DNA of 64,000 bases, taken from assembly GCA_963707985.1 (NCBI GenBank), contig CAVPRW010000007.1, positions 124,520 through 188,519 of the forward strand, written 5' to 3'. Positions 19,635 to 31,409 of the stretch are shown here, piece by piece. A model generated the notes under the pieces. That model was not told the DNA's origin. It ran no database searches and saw only the letters and a program-made list of their open reading frames with translations. Source of the stretch: an uncultured Nitrospinota bacterium. GTDB taxonomy: Bacteria > Tectomicrobia > Entotheonellia > J063 > CAVPRW01. The position numbers were made by a program, and so were the translations under genes. Positions within the stretch are counted from its first letter, which is position 1; every line of letters begins with the position of its first letter.

Positions 19635-19901
19635 TCAGCGATCCCAATCGGCGATCAACTCATCGATCTCTTGGCTGGTCTCAGCCATACGTTCTTCCTT
19701 CAGTTCTTCGAGCAGCGGATTCTCCGAGGCTTTAAGCTCGATATTTTCGAGCACACTTGCCTCGATCTCCCGCAGAAGGCCAACCACATCGGCCCGGTTA
19801 AACGTGCCGAACTCTCCCGCCTTCAGCCGCATCACGAACTCGCGTAAGCTGATGAGCTCTTCCATACACCAACGCTCATACAATCCCCACAAGTGATCCA
19901 T
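19635..19901 (-). CDS. Small acidic helical hypothetical protein
   Basis: 88 aa ORF with GGGAG RBS and protein-like composition. Confidence 0.6.
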   Translation of the reverse strand: MDHLWGLYERWCMEELISLREFVMRLKAGEFGTFNRADVVGLLREIEASVLENIELKASENPLLEELKEERMAETSQEIDELIADWDR

Positions 19902-20189
19902 AGTTCTCCCTTTCTCGGTGCTACCACAGGCGATCCTCTCCCAGTCATGGGACTCCCGAGTTGCCCGTCCAAGAGGCGGTGCACCGAGTTGGTCATCCTC
20001 ACGAGCGCTCCAGAGATTGGAGAGAACCCCTCCCCGTCTTCTGCGCTTGAATTGATCCATCGCTGACACATCTCTTAGCATATTGTCAAGCCTCATCTTA
20101 CAGGATGTGTTCCCATCCCAATTACCGCTCTACCGCGGTAATGCGGGTGTAGGATAACGATTGCACGGTTTTACAGGGGAGGGCTTAGG

Positions 20190-20558
20190 ATGCGTATGTT
20201 GTCGATCATTGGTCTGCTCATTGGGTTGCTAGCTGGCTTCTTGCTCAGCGGTCAGGTGGCGATCTCTCAGGAGGAGCCCTTCCCCACGTTAACTCCGGAG
20301 GGGCGTGGAAGGTTCCAGATCGCCGGGCATTCGACGTATCCCCCCTTATTATTAGACAGTGAAACGGGTACCTCATGGATTTTGATGTCGGAATCGGACG
20401 GCGAGGAACGCCGCTGGTTCTGGGAGCCGATCGAAATCGGTGCGCTGGAGTCGAGCCCGCCACCGGGCAGGGGGCGTGACATCGTACGGATGCAGGTACC
20501 GCCTCGACGCTCCCAGCGCCAGGTCGCAGCTTCGAAAACACGATCATTTACCTGGTAA
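20190..20558 (+). CDS. Exported hypothetical protein
   Basis: N-terminal hydrophobic segment, GRFQI...LLLDSETG.SW motif, RBS. Confidence 0.6.
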   Translation: MRMLSIIGLLIGLLAGFLLSGQVAISQEEPFPTLTPEGRGRFQIAGHSTYPPLLLDSETGTSWILMSESDGEERRWFWEPIEIGALESSPPPGRGRDIVRMQVPPRRSQRQVAASKTRSFTW

Positions 20559-20566
20559 TCCAGTCA

Positions 20567-20595
20567 TTGACAGCCCCTTGGCATTACCGTATAGT
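20567..20595 (+). promoter_or_regulatory. sigma70-type promoter for the radical SAM-fusA pair
   Basis: TTGACA-17 nt-TATAGT. Confidence 0.65.
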
Positions 20596-20613
20596 CGCTC
20601 CAGGAGTGTGAGC

Positions 20614-21531
20614 ATGGAAGTCAGCCCCTCGTATATTGTCCTCTCTCGAACAGGCGAGCTACAGCGGCGCATTGCTGAGCTGGAGCGGCTTGTGAGCCCC
20701 TGCACGTTGTGCCCACGGGACTGCCGGGTGCGGCGTTGCCATGGCGAACTTGGCCTGTGCAAGGCGGACGACCAGTTGCTGGTGGCGGCCGCCTTTCCCC
20801 ATTTCGGGGAGGAACCACCATTGTCTGGGCAGCGAGGGTCTGGCACGATTTTTATCTCCCGGTGCAATCTGCTCTGTCAGTTCTGCCAGAGTTGGGAGGT
20901 CAACCATCGGGGCGAAGGGGAGCCCGTGAGCGTGCGGGAACTGGCGGAGATCATGCTAGAGTTGCAAGGTCGAGGCTGCCACAATATCAACTTCGTCACG
21001 CCCACCCATTACACGCCGCAACTGATGGCGGCCCTGCCGTTGGCGATTGAGCAAGGCTTTCGCCTGCCGCTGGTGTATAATTGTGGCGGCTACGAGTCAT
21101 TGGAGGTGATTCGGCTCCTCGACGGCATCGTCGATATCTATCTCCCCGATATCAAGTTTCTTGATTCCTCTGCCAGCGAGCGCTACCTCGATGGGGCATG
21201 CGACTACCCCGAGGTGGTGCGCACGGTCGTCCAAGAGATGCACCGCCAGGTCGGTGACCTGCGGCTTGATGCGCATGGTATCGCCCAGCGCGGCCTCATC
21301 GTCCGACATTTGGTGATGCCTGGTATGGCGCAAGATAGCCACGCGATCGTGCGGTTCATCGCCGAGGCGCTCTCCCCTCAAACGTATGTCAACATCATGG
21401 ACCAATATCGCCCCTGTTTTCAGGCTGGACGATCTCCAGAAATTGCCCGTCGCACGACGGCGGCGGAACATCAGGCCGTCGTGGAGATGGCCCGTGGACT
21501 TGGCCTGCACCGGGGCTTACCCATATCCTGA
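20614..21531 (+). CDS. Radical SAM protein (PflX-like)
   Basis: CTLCPRDC, PHFGEEPP.SG..GSGTIF, CxxxCxxC (CNLLCQFC), HNINFVTPTH, IVRHLVMPG. Confidence 0.9.
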   Translation: MEVSPSYIVLSRTGELQRRIAELERLVSPCTLCPRDCRVRRCHGELGLCKADDQLLVAAAFPHFGEEPPLSGQRGSGTIFISRCNLLCQFCQSWEVNHRGEGEPVSVRELAEIMLELQGRGCHNINFVTPTHYTPQLMAALPLAIEQGFRLPLVYNCGGYESLEVIRLLDGIVDIYLPDIKFLDSSASERYLDGACDYPEVVRTVVQEMHRQVGDLRLDAHGIAQRGLIVRHLVMPGMAQDSHAIVRFIAEALSPQTYVNIMDQYRPCFQAGRSPEIARRTTAAEHQAVVEMARGLGLHRGLPIS

Positions 21532-21537
21532 TAGACT

Positions 21538-23613
21538 ATGGCCAGAGCAAATCCGCTGACGACCATTCGCAATATCGGTATTATCTCGCACATCGACGCC
21601 GGCAAGACCACGGTGACCGAGCGTATCTTGTTTTATACAGGCCTGTCGCATAAGTTGGGCGAAGTCCATGATGGAGAAGCCACCACTGACTGGATGCCCC
21701 AGGAGCGTGAGCGTGGCATTAGCATCACCGCGGCCGCTGTGTCCACCCAATGGCGTGGCCATACGATTACCATCATTGACACTCCTGGCCATGTGGACTT
21801 CACCATCGAAGTTGAACGCTCGCTGCGTGTGCTCGACGGCGCGGTGGCGATTTTTTGTGCCGTCGGCGGTGTCGAACCGCAATCCGAGGCGGTCTGGCAC
21901 CAGGCTGACAAATACCGCGTGCCACGCATCGCCTTTATCAATAAGATGGACCGCGTCGGGGCGGATTTTTTCGGCGTGCTGCAGGAGATGCGCGACAAGT
22001 TGGGGGCGCATCCCGTGCCGGTCCAGTTACCGCTTGGGCAAGAGGAAACCTTTACCGGGGTAATCGACCTCATCGACATGCAATGCTTTGTCTGGCATGA
22101 CCAAGATCGCGGCATGAGCTTCGAGACGGCGCCGATCCCTGAGGCCATGCAGGAGACGGCAGAGCACCACCGAGAGCTGTTGGTCGAAGCCGTGGCGGAG
22201 ACCGATGAGGATCTCCTCAACACCTACCTTTCAACAGGCTCTCTGTCGGGGGAAGAGATCCGGCGTGGCCTCCGCCTTGGCACACTCAGCACCACGATTG
22301 TCCCCGTGCTCTGCGGGGCTGGGCTGCGGAACAAGGGCATCCAACCACTGTTAGATGCGGTCATCGAGTATCTTCCCGCTCCTCCTGACCTCCCCCCCGT
22401 GGCTGGCATCAATCCCAAAACCGGCGAACAGGTGTCTCGGGCCTGTGATCCCAACGCTCCCTTCGCGGCCCTGGCGTTCAAGATCAGCATGGATCAGGGC
22501 CGTAAGCTCACGTATTTCCGGATCTATTCGGGCAAGGCTGCCCCTGGTGCGCTGGTCTACGATGTCAATCGCAACCTCCAGGAACGCATCGCGCGCCTGT
22601 TCCGGATGTATGCCAACAAGCGCGAGCGCATCGATGAGGCGGTCGCCGGCGACATCGTGGCGGCCACCGGTCTGAAGGACACCACAACCGGCGACACCTT
22701 GTGCGTCGAGACCCATCCCATCCAGCTCGAAACCATCGAATTTCCCGAACCGGTCATTTCGGTCGCCGTCGAACCCCGCACCGTGGGGGATCAGGAGAAA
22801 CTCTCGCTGGCACTAGAAAAACTCTCTGCCGAAGACCCCACCTTCCACGTCAAACTCGACGAAGAGACGGGGCAGACCATTCTCTGGGGCATGGGCGAGC
22901 TGCACCTGGATGTCATCACCAGACGGCTTGCGGAAGAATTCGGGGTAGGGGCTAAAGTCGGCAAACCGCAGGTGGTGTACCGAGAAACGATCACCCGAAC
23001 GGTGACTGCCGAGGGGCGATTTGACCGTGAGATCGGCGACAAGCTGCAGACGGGCCATGTGGTCATCGAGCTGGCGCCGCTACCGAACGGTTCAGGGGTG
23101 ATCTTCGCTGCCGATGTGCCCGACGGAACTATTCCTTCGGAGCTCATCCCGAACATCGAGCAGAGCCTGCGACGGTCGGCCATGGCAGGGGTGTTGGGCG
23201 GCTATCCGGTGGTCGACGTGCGAGTGACGTTGGCTGGCGGCTCGTTTGACAGCAATACCTCGACTGCCCTGGGATATGAGGTCGCCGCTGCCCAGGCATT
23301 CACCGAGGGCTGTCGAAAAGCCCAGCCCGTTCTGCTAGAGCCCATCATGGCCGTGGAGGTCGTCGTGCCCGAGGAGTTTCTGGGCGGCGTCATCAACGGC
23401 TTGTCGGCCCGCAAAGCGAGAATTGAGGGGATTACCCCGAAGCCCCGCGCCAAGGTCGTGGATGCCCTGGTGTCGCTCTCCAGGATGTTTGGTTACTCGA
23501 CAGAGCTACGCTCGCTCAGCCAGGGGCGTGCGACCTTTTCCATGCATTTCGCGCGCTTCGATCGGGCCACTGAGCTGCCCCCTGGAGTTTCGCTCACCAG
23601 TCCCAGTGCATAA
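21538..23613 (+). CDS. fusA: Elongation factor G (stand-alone copy)
   Basis: [48 protein letters not shown]. Confidence 0.95.
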   Translation: MARANPLTTIRNIGIISHIDAGKTTVTERILFYTGLSHKLGEVHDGEATTDWMPQERERGISITAAAVSTQWRGHTITIIDTPGHVDFTIEVERSLRVLDGAVAIFCAVGGVEPQSEAVWHQADKYRVPRIAFINKMDRVGADFFGVLQEMRDKLGAHPVPVQLPLGQEETFTGVIDLIDMQCFVWHDQDRGMSFETAPIPEAMQETAEHHRELLVEAVAETDEDLLNTYLSTGSLSGEEIRRGLRLGTLSTTIVPVLCGAGLRNKGIQPLLDAVIEYLPAPPDLPPVAGINPKTGEQVSRACDPNAPFAALAFKISMDQGRKLTYFRIYSGKAAPGALVYDVNRNLQERIARLFRMYANKRERIDEAVAGDIVAATGLKDTTTGDTLCVETHPIQLETIEFPEPVISVAVEPRTVGDQEKLSLALEKLSAEDPTFHVKLDEETGQTILWGMGELHLDVITRRLAEEFGVGAKVGKPQVVYRETITRTVTAEGRFDREIGDKLQTGHVVIELAPLPNGSGVIFAADVPDGTIPSELIPNIEQSLRRSAMAGVLGGYPVVDVRVTLAGGSFDSNTSTALGYEVAAAQAFTEGCRKAQPVLLEPIMAVEVVVPEEFLGGVINGLSARKARIEGITPKPRAKVVDALVSLSRMFGYSTELRSLSQGRATFSMHFARFDRATELPPGVSLTSPSA

Positions 23614-23715
23614 CGACAGCCAGTCGTCGCCCCTGCACGCGTGCGCGGCAGCCGCCTGTTTTTTCCCCACGCCCCGTGGGCCAGGGATGAGCCTCAGTAC
23701 CCAGACGATCGTGCT

Positions 23716-23750
23716 CCGTCTCCCTCCGGGAAAGGGCTAGGGTGAGGGGG
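23716..23750. repeat. REP-like GC-rich hairpin repeat, copy 1
   Basis: CTCCCTCCGGGAAAGGGCTAGGGTGAGGG, similar to the copy at 24589. Confidence 0.55.
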
Positions 23751-23757
23751 GCAAGGC

Positions 23758-24417
23758 TCAGCGATGCTGCGTCACACCAATCTTTGGACAGATGTCCGTT
23801 AGCGGACATTGTCCGCAGAGCGGTGAGATCGGCTTACAAATATTCTGCCCGAACGATACCAACAGGTCGTTGTAGACCATCCAATACGCCTTCGGGAGTT
23901 TGCGACGCAAGGCAAATTCCGTCTCTTCAGGAGACTTGGTCCGTACATACCGCCAACGGTTAGAGATGCGATGTACATGAGTATCCACACAGATGGCCGG
24001 TGTTTGGAACCCCATCGTCAACACCAGGTTGGCGGTTTTCCGCCCGACTCCTTTCAATTCGAGTAAGGCCTCCATCGTATCCGGCACCTGACCCCCATGG
24101 CGTTCGACCAGCACACGACAGATGTCGAGGATCGATGCCGCTTTGGTCCGATAGAACCCGACCGGATAAATGGCTTGAGCAATTTGGTCAGCACTCAGTT
24201 GTAGCATCGCCTCAGGCGTACCGGCCAGGGCAAACAACCGCGCCGCGGCGGGACCGGTGGTTTCATCCTTGGTACGGAGGCTGAGGAGACAGCCAATCAG
24301 AATTTTGAATGGGTCCCGCCCCATGGTTCGGGCCACTTCCGTCAGGGCGGTTGCCGTCCAGTCAGGTGCCTTGGCCTGCAGAGTCGCCATCGCGTAGTGC
24401 ATATCAAAGCGTGCCAT
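23758..24417 (-). CDS. nth: Endonuclease III
   Basis: LLSLRT.D, HhH motif L.GVGRKTANL, VDTHV.RI, C-x6-C-x2-C-x5-C FeS motif. Confidence 0.95.
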   Translation of the reverse strand: MARFDMHYAMATLQAKAPDWTATALTEVARTMGRDPFKILIGCLLSLRTKDETTGPAAARLFALAGTPEAMLQLSADQIAQAIYPVGFYRTKAASILDICRVLVERHGGQVPDTMEALLELKGVGRKTANLVLTMGFQTPAICVDTHVHRISNRWRYVRTKSPEETEFALRRKLPKAYWMVYNDLLVSFGQNICKPISPLCGQCPLTDICPKIGVTQHR

Positions 24418-24588
24418 GTCGCGCCTCACCTCTATCCCGACGTCATCGCGGTTGGCCTGTGCGAAAGGTCGTACGGGCCCCACCCATGAAAGCATGGACC
24501 ACCTCTCGGGTCAATCAAAAATCCCGATCTTGACCCACCGCCATGAATAAGATAGAACAGGAGCGGTGGACCTATCACCAGTTTTATT

Positions 24589-24623
24589 CCCCCTCTCCCT
24601 GGCGGGAGAGGGCAGGGTGAGGG
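24589..24623. repeat. REP-like GC-rich hairpin repeat, copy 2
   Basis: CCCTCTCCC-TGGC-GGGAGAGGG hairpin followed by CAGGGTGAGGG. Confidence 0.6.
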
Positions 24624-24734
24624 CCACAGAGAGCCAGGGAGAACGGTGAAGGTTGAAAGAGTGCCATACGCTGATCTGAAAACTGCTATAGGGGACGGCT
24701 CAGGGGATGAGAGGGCTATCTGAAAGGGGGGTCC

Positions 24735-25574
24735 ATGCGCTTAGGCGCCCATATGTCGATTAGCGGTGGTGTCGAAAAAGCGGTTGTACGCGGACAGGAA
24801 GTCGGCTGCGAGGCCATGCAGATCTTCACCAAGAACTCCAACCAGTGGAAGGCGAAGCCGCTGGCGTCGACCGAAGTCACCGCCTTCCGCGACGCCTGCC
24901 AGGCGGCTGGCATCGGTCCGGTCATCGCCCACAGTGCCTATCTCATCAACCTGGCGGCGCCGGATGAAGCTCTCTACGACAAATCCATTCAGGCATGTCT
25001 CGATGAATTGCAGCGCTGTGAGTTGTTGAGCATTCCCTACCTGGTGATCCACCCCGGTGCACATATGGGTACGGGGGAAGCTCAAGGGTTGCAGCGCATC
25101 TGCGCCGCTATCGACCGTATCCATCGCGAAACCCCCAAGATACAGGCGGCTATCACGCTGGAGGTCACGGCGGGTCAAGGAACCGTGCTGGCCTCCAAGT
25201 TCGAACACTTCGCCACCATTCTCGAGCAGGTGGCCGAGCCCGAGCGCCTGGGATTTTGCCTCGACACCTGCCATCTCCTGGCGGCTGGGTACGACTTCCG
25301 TACGCGCCAGGGCTACGATCAGATGATGGATGCGTGGGAGAACCTGGTCGGCATCGAGCGCATCCGTGTCGTCCATTTGAACGATTCGAAGAAAGACCTG
25401 GGCAGTCGAGTCGACCGGCACGAGAATATTGGTCAGGGGTATATTGGCACCCAGGGGTTTGAATTGCTCCTCAACGACCGACGTCTCGCCGAGCTACCCA
25501 TGGTGCTGGAGACGCCTAAGGACGATGACGCCGACCTGCGCAATCTGGCGACGCTGCGCAGCCTCATTCACTGA
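24735..25574 (+). CDS. nfo: Endonuclease IV
   Basis: GAHMSISGG, HSAYLINLA, HPG, LE.TAGQG, CLDTCH, HLNDSK...DRHE.IG.G.IG, ETP. Confidence 0.95.
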   Translation: MRLGAHMSISGGVEKAVVRGQEVGCEAMQIFTKNSNQWKAKPLASTEVTAFRDACQAAGIGPVIAHSAYLINLAAPDEALYDKSIQACLDELQRCELLSIPYLVIHPGAHMGTGEAQGLQRICAAIDRIHRETPKIQAAITLEVTAGQGTVLASKFEHFATILEQVAEPERLGFCLDTCHLLAAGYDFRTRQGYDQMMDAWENLVGIERIRVVHLNDSKKDLGSRVDRHENIGQGYIGTQGFELLLNDRRLAELPMVLETPKDDDADLRNLATLRSLIH

Positions 25575-25607
25575 ACAGCGCATGGATCATAGAGGGGATG
25601 GCAGGTC

Positions 25608-26561
25608 ATGGCCCTGTTTTTCGACGAACAACAGATCACCGACGTATTGACCATGGAGATGGCCATGGCCGCCGTCGAGGAGGCCCTCAAGCAGCAGGGG
25701 CTCGGCACCGCTATTAACAATCCACGTACTCGCGTGCGGCTACCGACCGGGCAACTGCACATGATGGGCGCGGCACTGCCGTCGCGTGGCGTGATCGGCT
25801 ACAAGGCTTATACGGCGTTTCGGGGGAAAGCACGATTTCATGTGATGCTTTACAGCACCGATACCGGCGAGCTGTTGGCCATGCTGCAAGCCGACCGACT
25901 AGGGCAGATGCGAACTGGGGCGGCCAGTGGCGTGGCGACCAAATACATGGCGCGCCCCGAGGCCCGCAGCGTGGGGATATTTGGCACCGGATGGCAGGCG
26001 CGCTCCCAGCTCGAAGCCGTGTGTGCGGTGCGCCAGATCCAAGCGATCAAGGCGTTTGGGCGGGACGCGACGCGACGCCAGACCTTTTGCGGCGAAATGA
26101 CTCAGCAGCTCGGCATCCCCGTCGAGCCAGCAGACACCCCAGAAGCCGTGGTCAAAGGTATGGATGTGGTCATCACTTCCACCAGTGCCCGTGAGCCGCT
26201 CTTCGATGGCAACTGGCTGGAGCCGGGAGCCCATGTCAATGCCATCGGCTCAAACGCGCTGATTCGGCGGGAGATCGACGACACCACCGTGCGGCGCAGC
26301 ACCCTGATCGTCGTCGATTCGAAAGAGCAGGCGCGGCTCGAGTGCGGCGATTTGTTGGGGCCACTGGAGCGCGGCTTGATTCACTGGGAACAGGTGCGTG
26401 AGTTGGGCGATGTCGTCGCGGGTCATATCACAGGCCGGCGACAGACCTCCGACATCACGCTGTTCGAATCCCATGGGCTGGCGATCTGGGATTTGGCTGC
26501 TGGCATGGCCGTTTATGATGCTGCCAAGGCCAAGGGGGTCGGGCGGGAAATTGCGCTGTAA
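25608..26561 (+). CDS. Ornithine cyclodeaminase/mu-crystallin family protein
   Basis: RTGAASGVA, G.FGTG.QA..Q, H.NAIGS, FESHGLA.WD. Confidence 0.92.
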   Translation: MALFFDEQQITDVLTMEMAMAAVEEALKQQGLGTAINNPRTRVRLPTGQLHMMGAALPSRGVIGYKAYTAFRGKARFHVMLYSTDTGELLAMLQADRLGQMRTGAASGVATKYMARPEARSVGIFGTGWQARSQLEAVCAVRQIQAIKAFGRDATRRQTFCGEMTQQLGIPVEPADTPEAVVKGMDVVITSTSAREPLFDGNWLEPGAHVNAIGSNALIRREIDDTTVRRSTLIVVDSKEQARLECGDLLGPLERGLIHWEQVRELGDVVAGHITGRRQTSDITLFESHGLAIWDLAAGMAVYDAAKAKGVGREIAL

Positions 26562-26687
26562 GCATGTTCGTTCTTGTCTTCATAAGGCAAGGGTGGTATA
26601 GTAAGGCTCAATTTTGCAACCGTCTGCGCGCTGATCGAATGTTTACCGGTGAAGTTGGCGCAGCGGTCACGATAACACTCTTCTGGT

Positions 26688-26763
26688 GGGGCTGTGGCGC
26701 AGCTGGGAGCGCGCATGACTGGCAGTCATGAGGTCAGGGGTTCGACCCCCCTCAGCTCCACCA
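26688..26763 (+). tRNA. tRNA-Ala(GGC)
   Basis: Acceptor GGGGCTG/CAGCTCC, anticodon arm CATGA-CTGGCAG-TCATG, T-loop TTCGACC, encoded CCA; 76 nt. Confidence 0.97.
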
Positions 26764-26810
26764 ACGAAATCAAAGGGTTAAAGGCTTATAGCGAGTTTAA
26801 TATCGAGTCT

Positions 26811-26830
26811 TAGGTAACATATAGGTAACA
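26811..26830 (+). repeat. Tandem TAGGTAACA direct repeat (possible integrase arm-type sites)
   Basis: TAGGTAACA at 26811-26819 and 26822-26830, ~50 nt after the tRNA 3' end. Confidence 0.5.
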
Positions 26831-27152
26831 GACAAGCAGTAGTTCCCTTCCTCTATTTCACATATTCTAATGGCACATCTATTGCTCCCCGGCACATATT
26901 CTTTCGTCCCTCGTGCTCTTGCCGCAATAGCTGTCCTTGGATTTGATAACCATCTTTTTTCCTTCCTTGTTACGCACGTCAGAGTGGACCTGTAATCCCG
27001 CTAAAGAAAGGAGGGCTGCCATCCCTACGTACACTCCAAAAGGAGAGGGGATACAGCTGGCAAGAGATATTGCAGTGCTGCGGGACAATCGGCCGAGATA
27101 GCAACGAGACAGAACTGTCGGTTTAACAAAAACACTGCCACCGCATCGCTCG

Positions 27153-30100
27153 GTGCGTATGTTACACCTCACGAACACGCCGCAGAATTGGATTGCAGTA
27201 ACCGAGTCGCAGTATCCTTGGGAGCGGGATGCGCTGGAGTTCGTGCGCAACCAGTTCCCCACACACGAGCCCTACCGCGCCTGGGCCAACTTCGAGTTTA
27301 TTGCCGATGATGGCAGCATCAACGAAGTCGATCTGCTCGTCTGCACCCCACAAGGATTCTTCCTCATCGAAATCAAGAGCCGGCCGGGCCGTTTATTCGG
27401 GGATGCCGGCACCTGGACCTGGGAGACGGATGGCCGGCTCATCACCACGGACAGTCCAGTGCTTGCCGCGAATCTCAAGGCCAAGAAGCTCCGGTCGCTC
27501 CTGCAACGGCAAAAGGCATGTAAGAAGAAAGGGTCAGCTCCCGTTCCTCGAAGCGCTCGTCTTCTGTTCGGCTCCGGACTTGCGGTGTGAATTGCAGGGC
27601 ACAGCGCGGTATCGCGTCTGCTTGCGGGATCTGGACAAAGGACGGCGACCAGCCCGCACGACCCGGCATCATGGCGGCGCTCAAACGCCGAGAGTGCCCT
27701 GGACTCGATCCTCATCCCAAAGGGATCTGTGATCGGCCGACGGCGAAGCTGATCAGCCAGGCCATGGAGCAGGCCGGCATCCGTGCGTCACAGCGTCACC
27801 GCAAGGTCAGCGACTACGTCTTAGACCAACTGATCGGCGAAGGTCCTGGGTATCAGGACTGGGAAGCCACGCATACCAGGCTCTCCAATGTCAAACGCCG
27901 CGTCCGCATTTACACCGTCCGCACAGGAGCGACTGATGAGGAGCGTCAGACGATCGAGCGGGCGGCGCAGCGTGAAGCACAGCTCCTGGAAACATTCCAG
28001 CACCCAGCCATTCTACGACGTGAGGGGTTCACGGAGCATGAGCTTGGCCCGGCCTTGATCTTTGAGCATGATCCGCTGGCCATCCGGCTCGATCATTTCC
28101 TGGCGCAGCGCAAGGACAAGCTGGGCGTCGACGTGCGCCTCGATCTGCTGCGGCAGATTGCGGAAGTGATCCGCTTTGCCCACGACAAGAAGGTCGTCCA
28201 CCGCGCCCTGAGTCCACACAGCATCCTGGTCACCGATCCGGATGGCGATCGGCCACGCATCAAGGTCTTCAACTGGCAGGTCGGCTATCGCCAGGGCAGC
28301 ACCACGGCAGCCGTATCGCGAGAAGTGACCGCCACGTCTCACGTGGACCGTCTGGTCGAGGACGTGAGCACGGCCTATATGGCCCCAGAGGCACTGGTGG
28401 ATGCGGAGAACACCGGCGAACATCTCGATGTCTTCTCCCTGGGCGCCATCGCCTATCACCTGTTCTCCGGGGAGCCACCCGCCGCCAACGGTCTGGAGCT
28501 GAGCAATAAGCTCCGCGAAAGCAGAGGGCTGCAGATCAGTGCGGTGCTCAATGGTGCCGGCGAAGCCCTCCAGTTCCTGATCCAGTACAGCACCCACCCG
28601 GACGTTGCCAGTCGCATCGACTCGGTCGTCGACTTTCTGAATTATCTGGACGACGTCGAAGACGAGCTGACCACGCCCGAGCACGAATTCGTTGACGATC
28701 CATCGCGTGCCCAGAAAGGCGATCTCCTTCCAGGAGGCTTTACGGTGGTCAAACGCCTTGGCCAGGGGGCCTGCTCGGTGGCCCTCCTGGTCGAGCGCGA
28801 GGGCCAGGAGTATGTGCTCAAGGTCGCCAGCGATCCTGAACACAACCAGCGGCTGCAAGACGAAGGCGAAGTCCTGCAACAACTGCCGTCATCCGCATAT
28901 TGTCGAATACTGCGACATGTTCCCCATCGGCGACCGCATGTGCATATCTGATGCGTCGCGCCGGGCAGGAGACGCTGGGCCAACGGCTCCGCAAAGAGGG
29001 ACGGTTGCACGTCGACCTGTTGCAGCGCTTCGGTGAAGACCTGCTCGGCGTGGTCAACTACCTGGAAGACACAGGGATCCCGCACCGCGACATCAAGCCG
29101 GACAACATCGGTGTGGGGCCGATGGGCCGTAGCGACAGGCTGCACCTGGTGCTGTTCGACTTCTCGCTGTCCCGCACGCCGCCGGAGAATATTCGCGCTG
29201 GGACGACGGGATACCTCGATCCGTTGTTGCCGCTTCGCACACCACCCCGCTGGGACCTGTATGCTGAACGCTATGCCGCGGCTGTCACGCTGTATGAGCT
29301 GGCTGCGGGTCCGAATAATCTTCCCAGGTGGGGCGATGGGACCAGCGATCCGTCCCAGTTAGCATGCGAGGCAACCATTGAGGCGGAGCTGTTTGAGGCG
29401 GATCTCCGCGATGGCTTGACGGATTTCTTCACCAAAGCTCTCCGTCGCAACCCGGCCGAGCGGTTCGATAACGCCGAAGAGATGCTCCGAGCGTGGCGCT
29501 TCTGTTTCGAGGGGATCGAACCACGCGGCACGATTTCAGACCACGACGATGCCGAAGCACTGCGCGAGTTGCTGGCCGATGCAACCTTTGACACGCAGAT
29601 CGCGGAACTGGGTCTCGGGACGCGGGCGATCAACGCGCTGGATCGTGCCAATGTCCTGACTGTCGAAGACCTGTTGACTGTGCCGTTGCGGCGACTGCAG
29701 CGGCTGCGCGGCGTCGGCAACAAAACACGCCGCGAGATTGCCACGGCGGTGAAGCTCCTGCGTCGAGCGGCTCGGTAGCCCGACAGCAAGCCGATGTACC
29801 TGCGGGTATCGCAGAGGCCGAATCACCGACCGACCAGCTCGACGTCGGCAGTCTCAGCGTTGATCTGCTTGCCCAGCGCCTCCTGCGTACCAGTGCACGC
29901 GATGGCGAGGCAGCGCGGCGTACGCTCCAGGCATTACTGGGGCTTGATCCTGCCCTGGACAATCGCTGGCCAAGCCAGGCCGACGTGGCGCGCTGTATCG
30001 ATGTCACGCGGGCGCGGATTGGTCAGCTCGTCGGAAAGTTCCAACAGCGCTGGGCGAAGGACCCGGCCATGACGAAGCTACGTGCTGAGGTGGCTGATAT

Positions 30101-31394
30101 CCTGCACGCCGCGGGTGGCGTCATGTCCGTGGGCGAGTTGTGCGAGGCGGTGCTCACGGCGCGTGGTTCCGTGCAGGACGAACCATACCGGACAAAGCTC
30201 GCCACAGCCGTGACGCGGGCTGCGGTAGAAGTCGAACGCATCATGGCCGAACCACGATTCATGGTGCGCCGCGATGGTGAATGCGTGCTCGTTGCGACGA
30301 ACCAGGAACTGGCCGATTACGCCTTTCGACTTGGGCAGTGGTGCGGACCGCCTGGCTGCGGAGGACCCTTTGACGCCACCAGCGCGTGTGCTCCAGACGC
30401 TGCGGGCCATTGTGCTACCCGCCGGAGCAACGGAGCTTGCTGATACGCGGCTCGTTCGCCTTGCCGCCGCCGCATCAGCGCATGCAGCCGTGTCGAGTCG
30501 ACAGGAGCTGTATCCAAAAGGCATGGGTGCCGCACGTGCCCTGAAACTCTCGCAAGGAGCCTTGTTGGGTGTTCCTTCCCTGACGGTCGCGCAGATTCGC
30601 GAGCGTGTCAGCAGTCGGTATCCGGAAGCCGAGCCACTGCCTGACCGCCCGGCGTTAGACGATCTGCTTCGTGCTGGCTGGGTTTGACTTCCAATGGGAC
30701 GTCACTGCCAGGCAGGGAGCTGGTGGCGTACGTCAGCCGGCTCCGCGAGACAGCTGCCATCACCAGTGGCAGTGAATCCGTCCCCGCGCTTGCCGACGAC
30801 GAGCGGACCATCGCAGGTCATAGAGATCACGCCAGAGATTGCGGATGCGCGCCAGTTCGAGGAACAGCTGCAACGGGCGATTCAAAGATGGCTCATTCCT
30901 GGCACTTCTGGTACATCCGAAGTATTACCAACGTGCCTGTGATGAGCTGTGCCGTCGTTTTCCGCTCATGCTGATCGATTTCGAGGCCCTGTTCATTCAG
31001 GCGCTACGCGAGGTCGCCGAGAAGGCCAGGGTCAACTGGGATCTCGTGTTGAAGACCGACGCCGTACCGCACACGGGGGACTGGCACAAGCTGCATGCTG
31101 CTCGTTGGTCGGGCCATGCCACTCGTCGAAGCGCAGTTGTCTGCGTCCGACAAAACGATGCTCATCACCTACGCCGGTGTGCTGGCCCGCTACGACCGGA
31201 TGGACCTGCTGGAACGGCTGCGCGACAAAGTCGGCCGTCGCGATGGGATTCCCGGCCTGTGGCTGCTGTTGCCGGGGCAGAACCAGGCAGTGATGGATGG
31301 CAAGGCGGTGCCGATTCTCAGCCCTGGGCAGCGCGTCCATGTCCCGGAGAGCTGGTTACAGAACCTGCATCGAGGGGAGATGGTTTCGTGCTAA
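27153..31394 (+). CDS. pglW: BREX type 2 serine/threonine kinase PglW (split by multiple frameshifts)
   Basis: NERD domain (S.YPWER.AL...EVDLL...IEIKS), kinase 1 (VVHRALSP, Y.APE), kinase 2 (LGQG, HRDIKPDN, LFDFSL), RNAP alpha-CTD-like HhH (RLRGVG.KTRREI); first gene of the pgl operon. Confidence 0.9.
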
Positions 31395-31409
31395 ATGTTA
31401 CGCATGACC

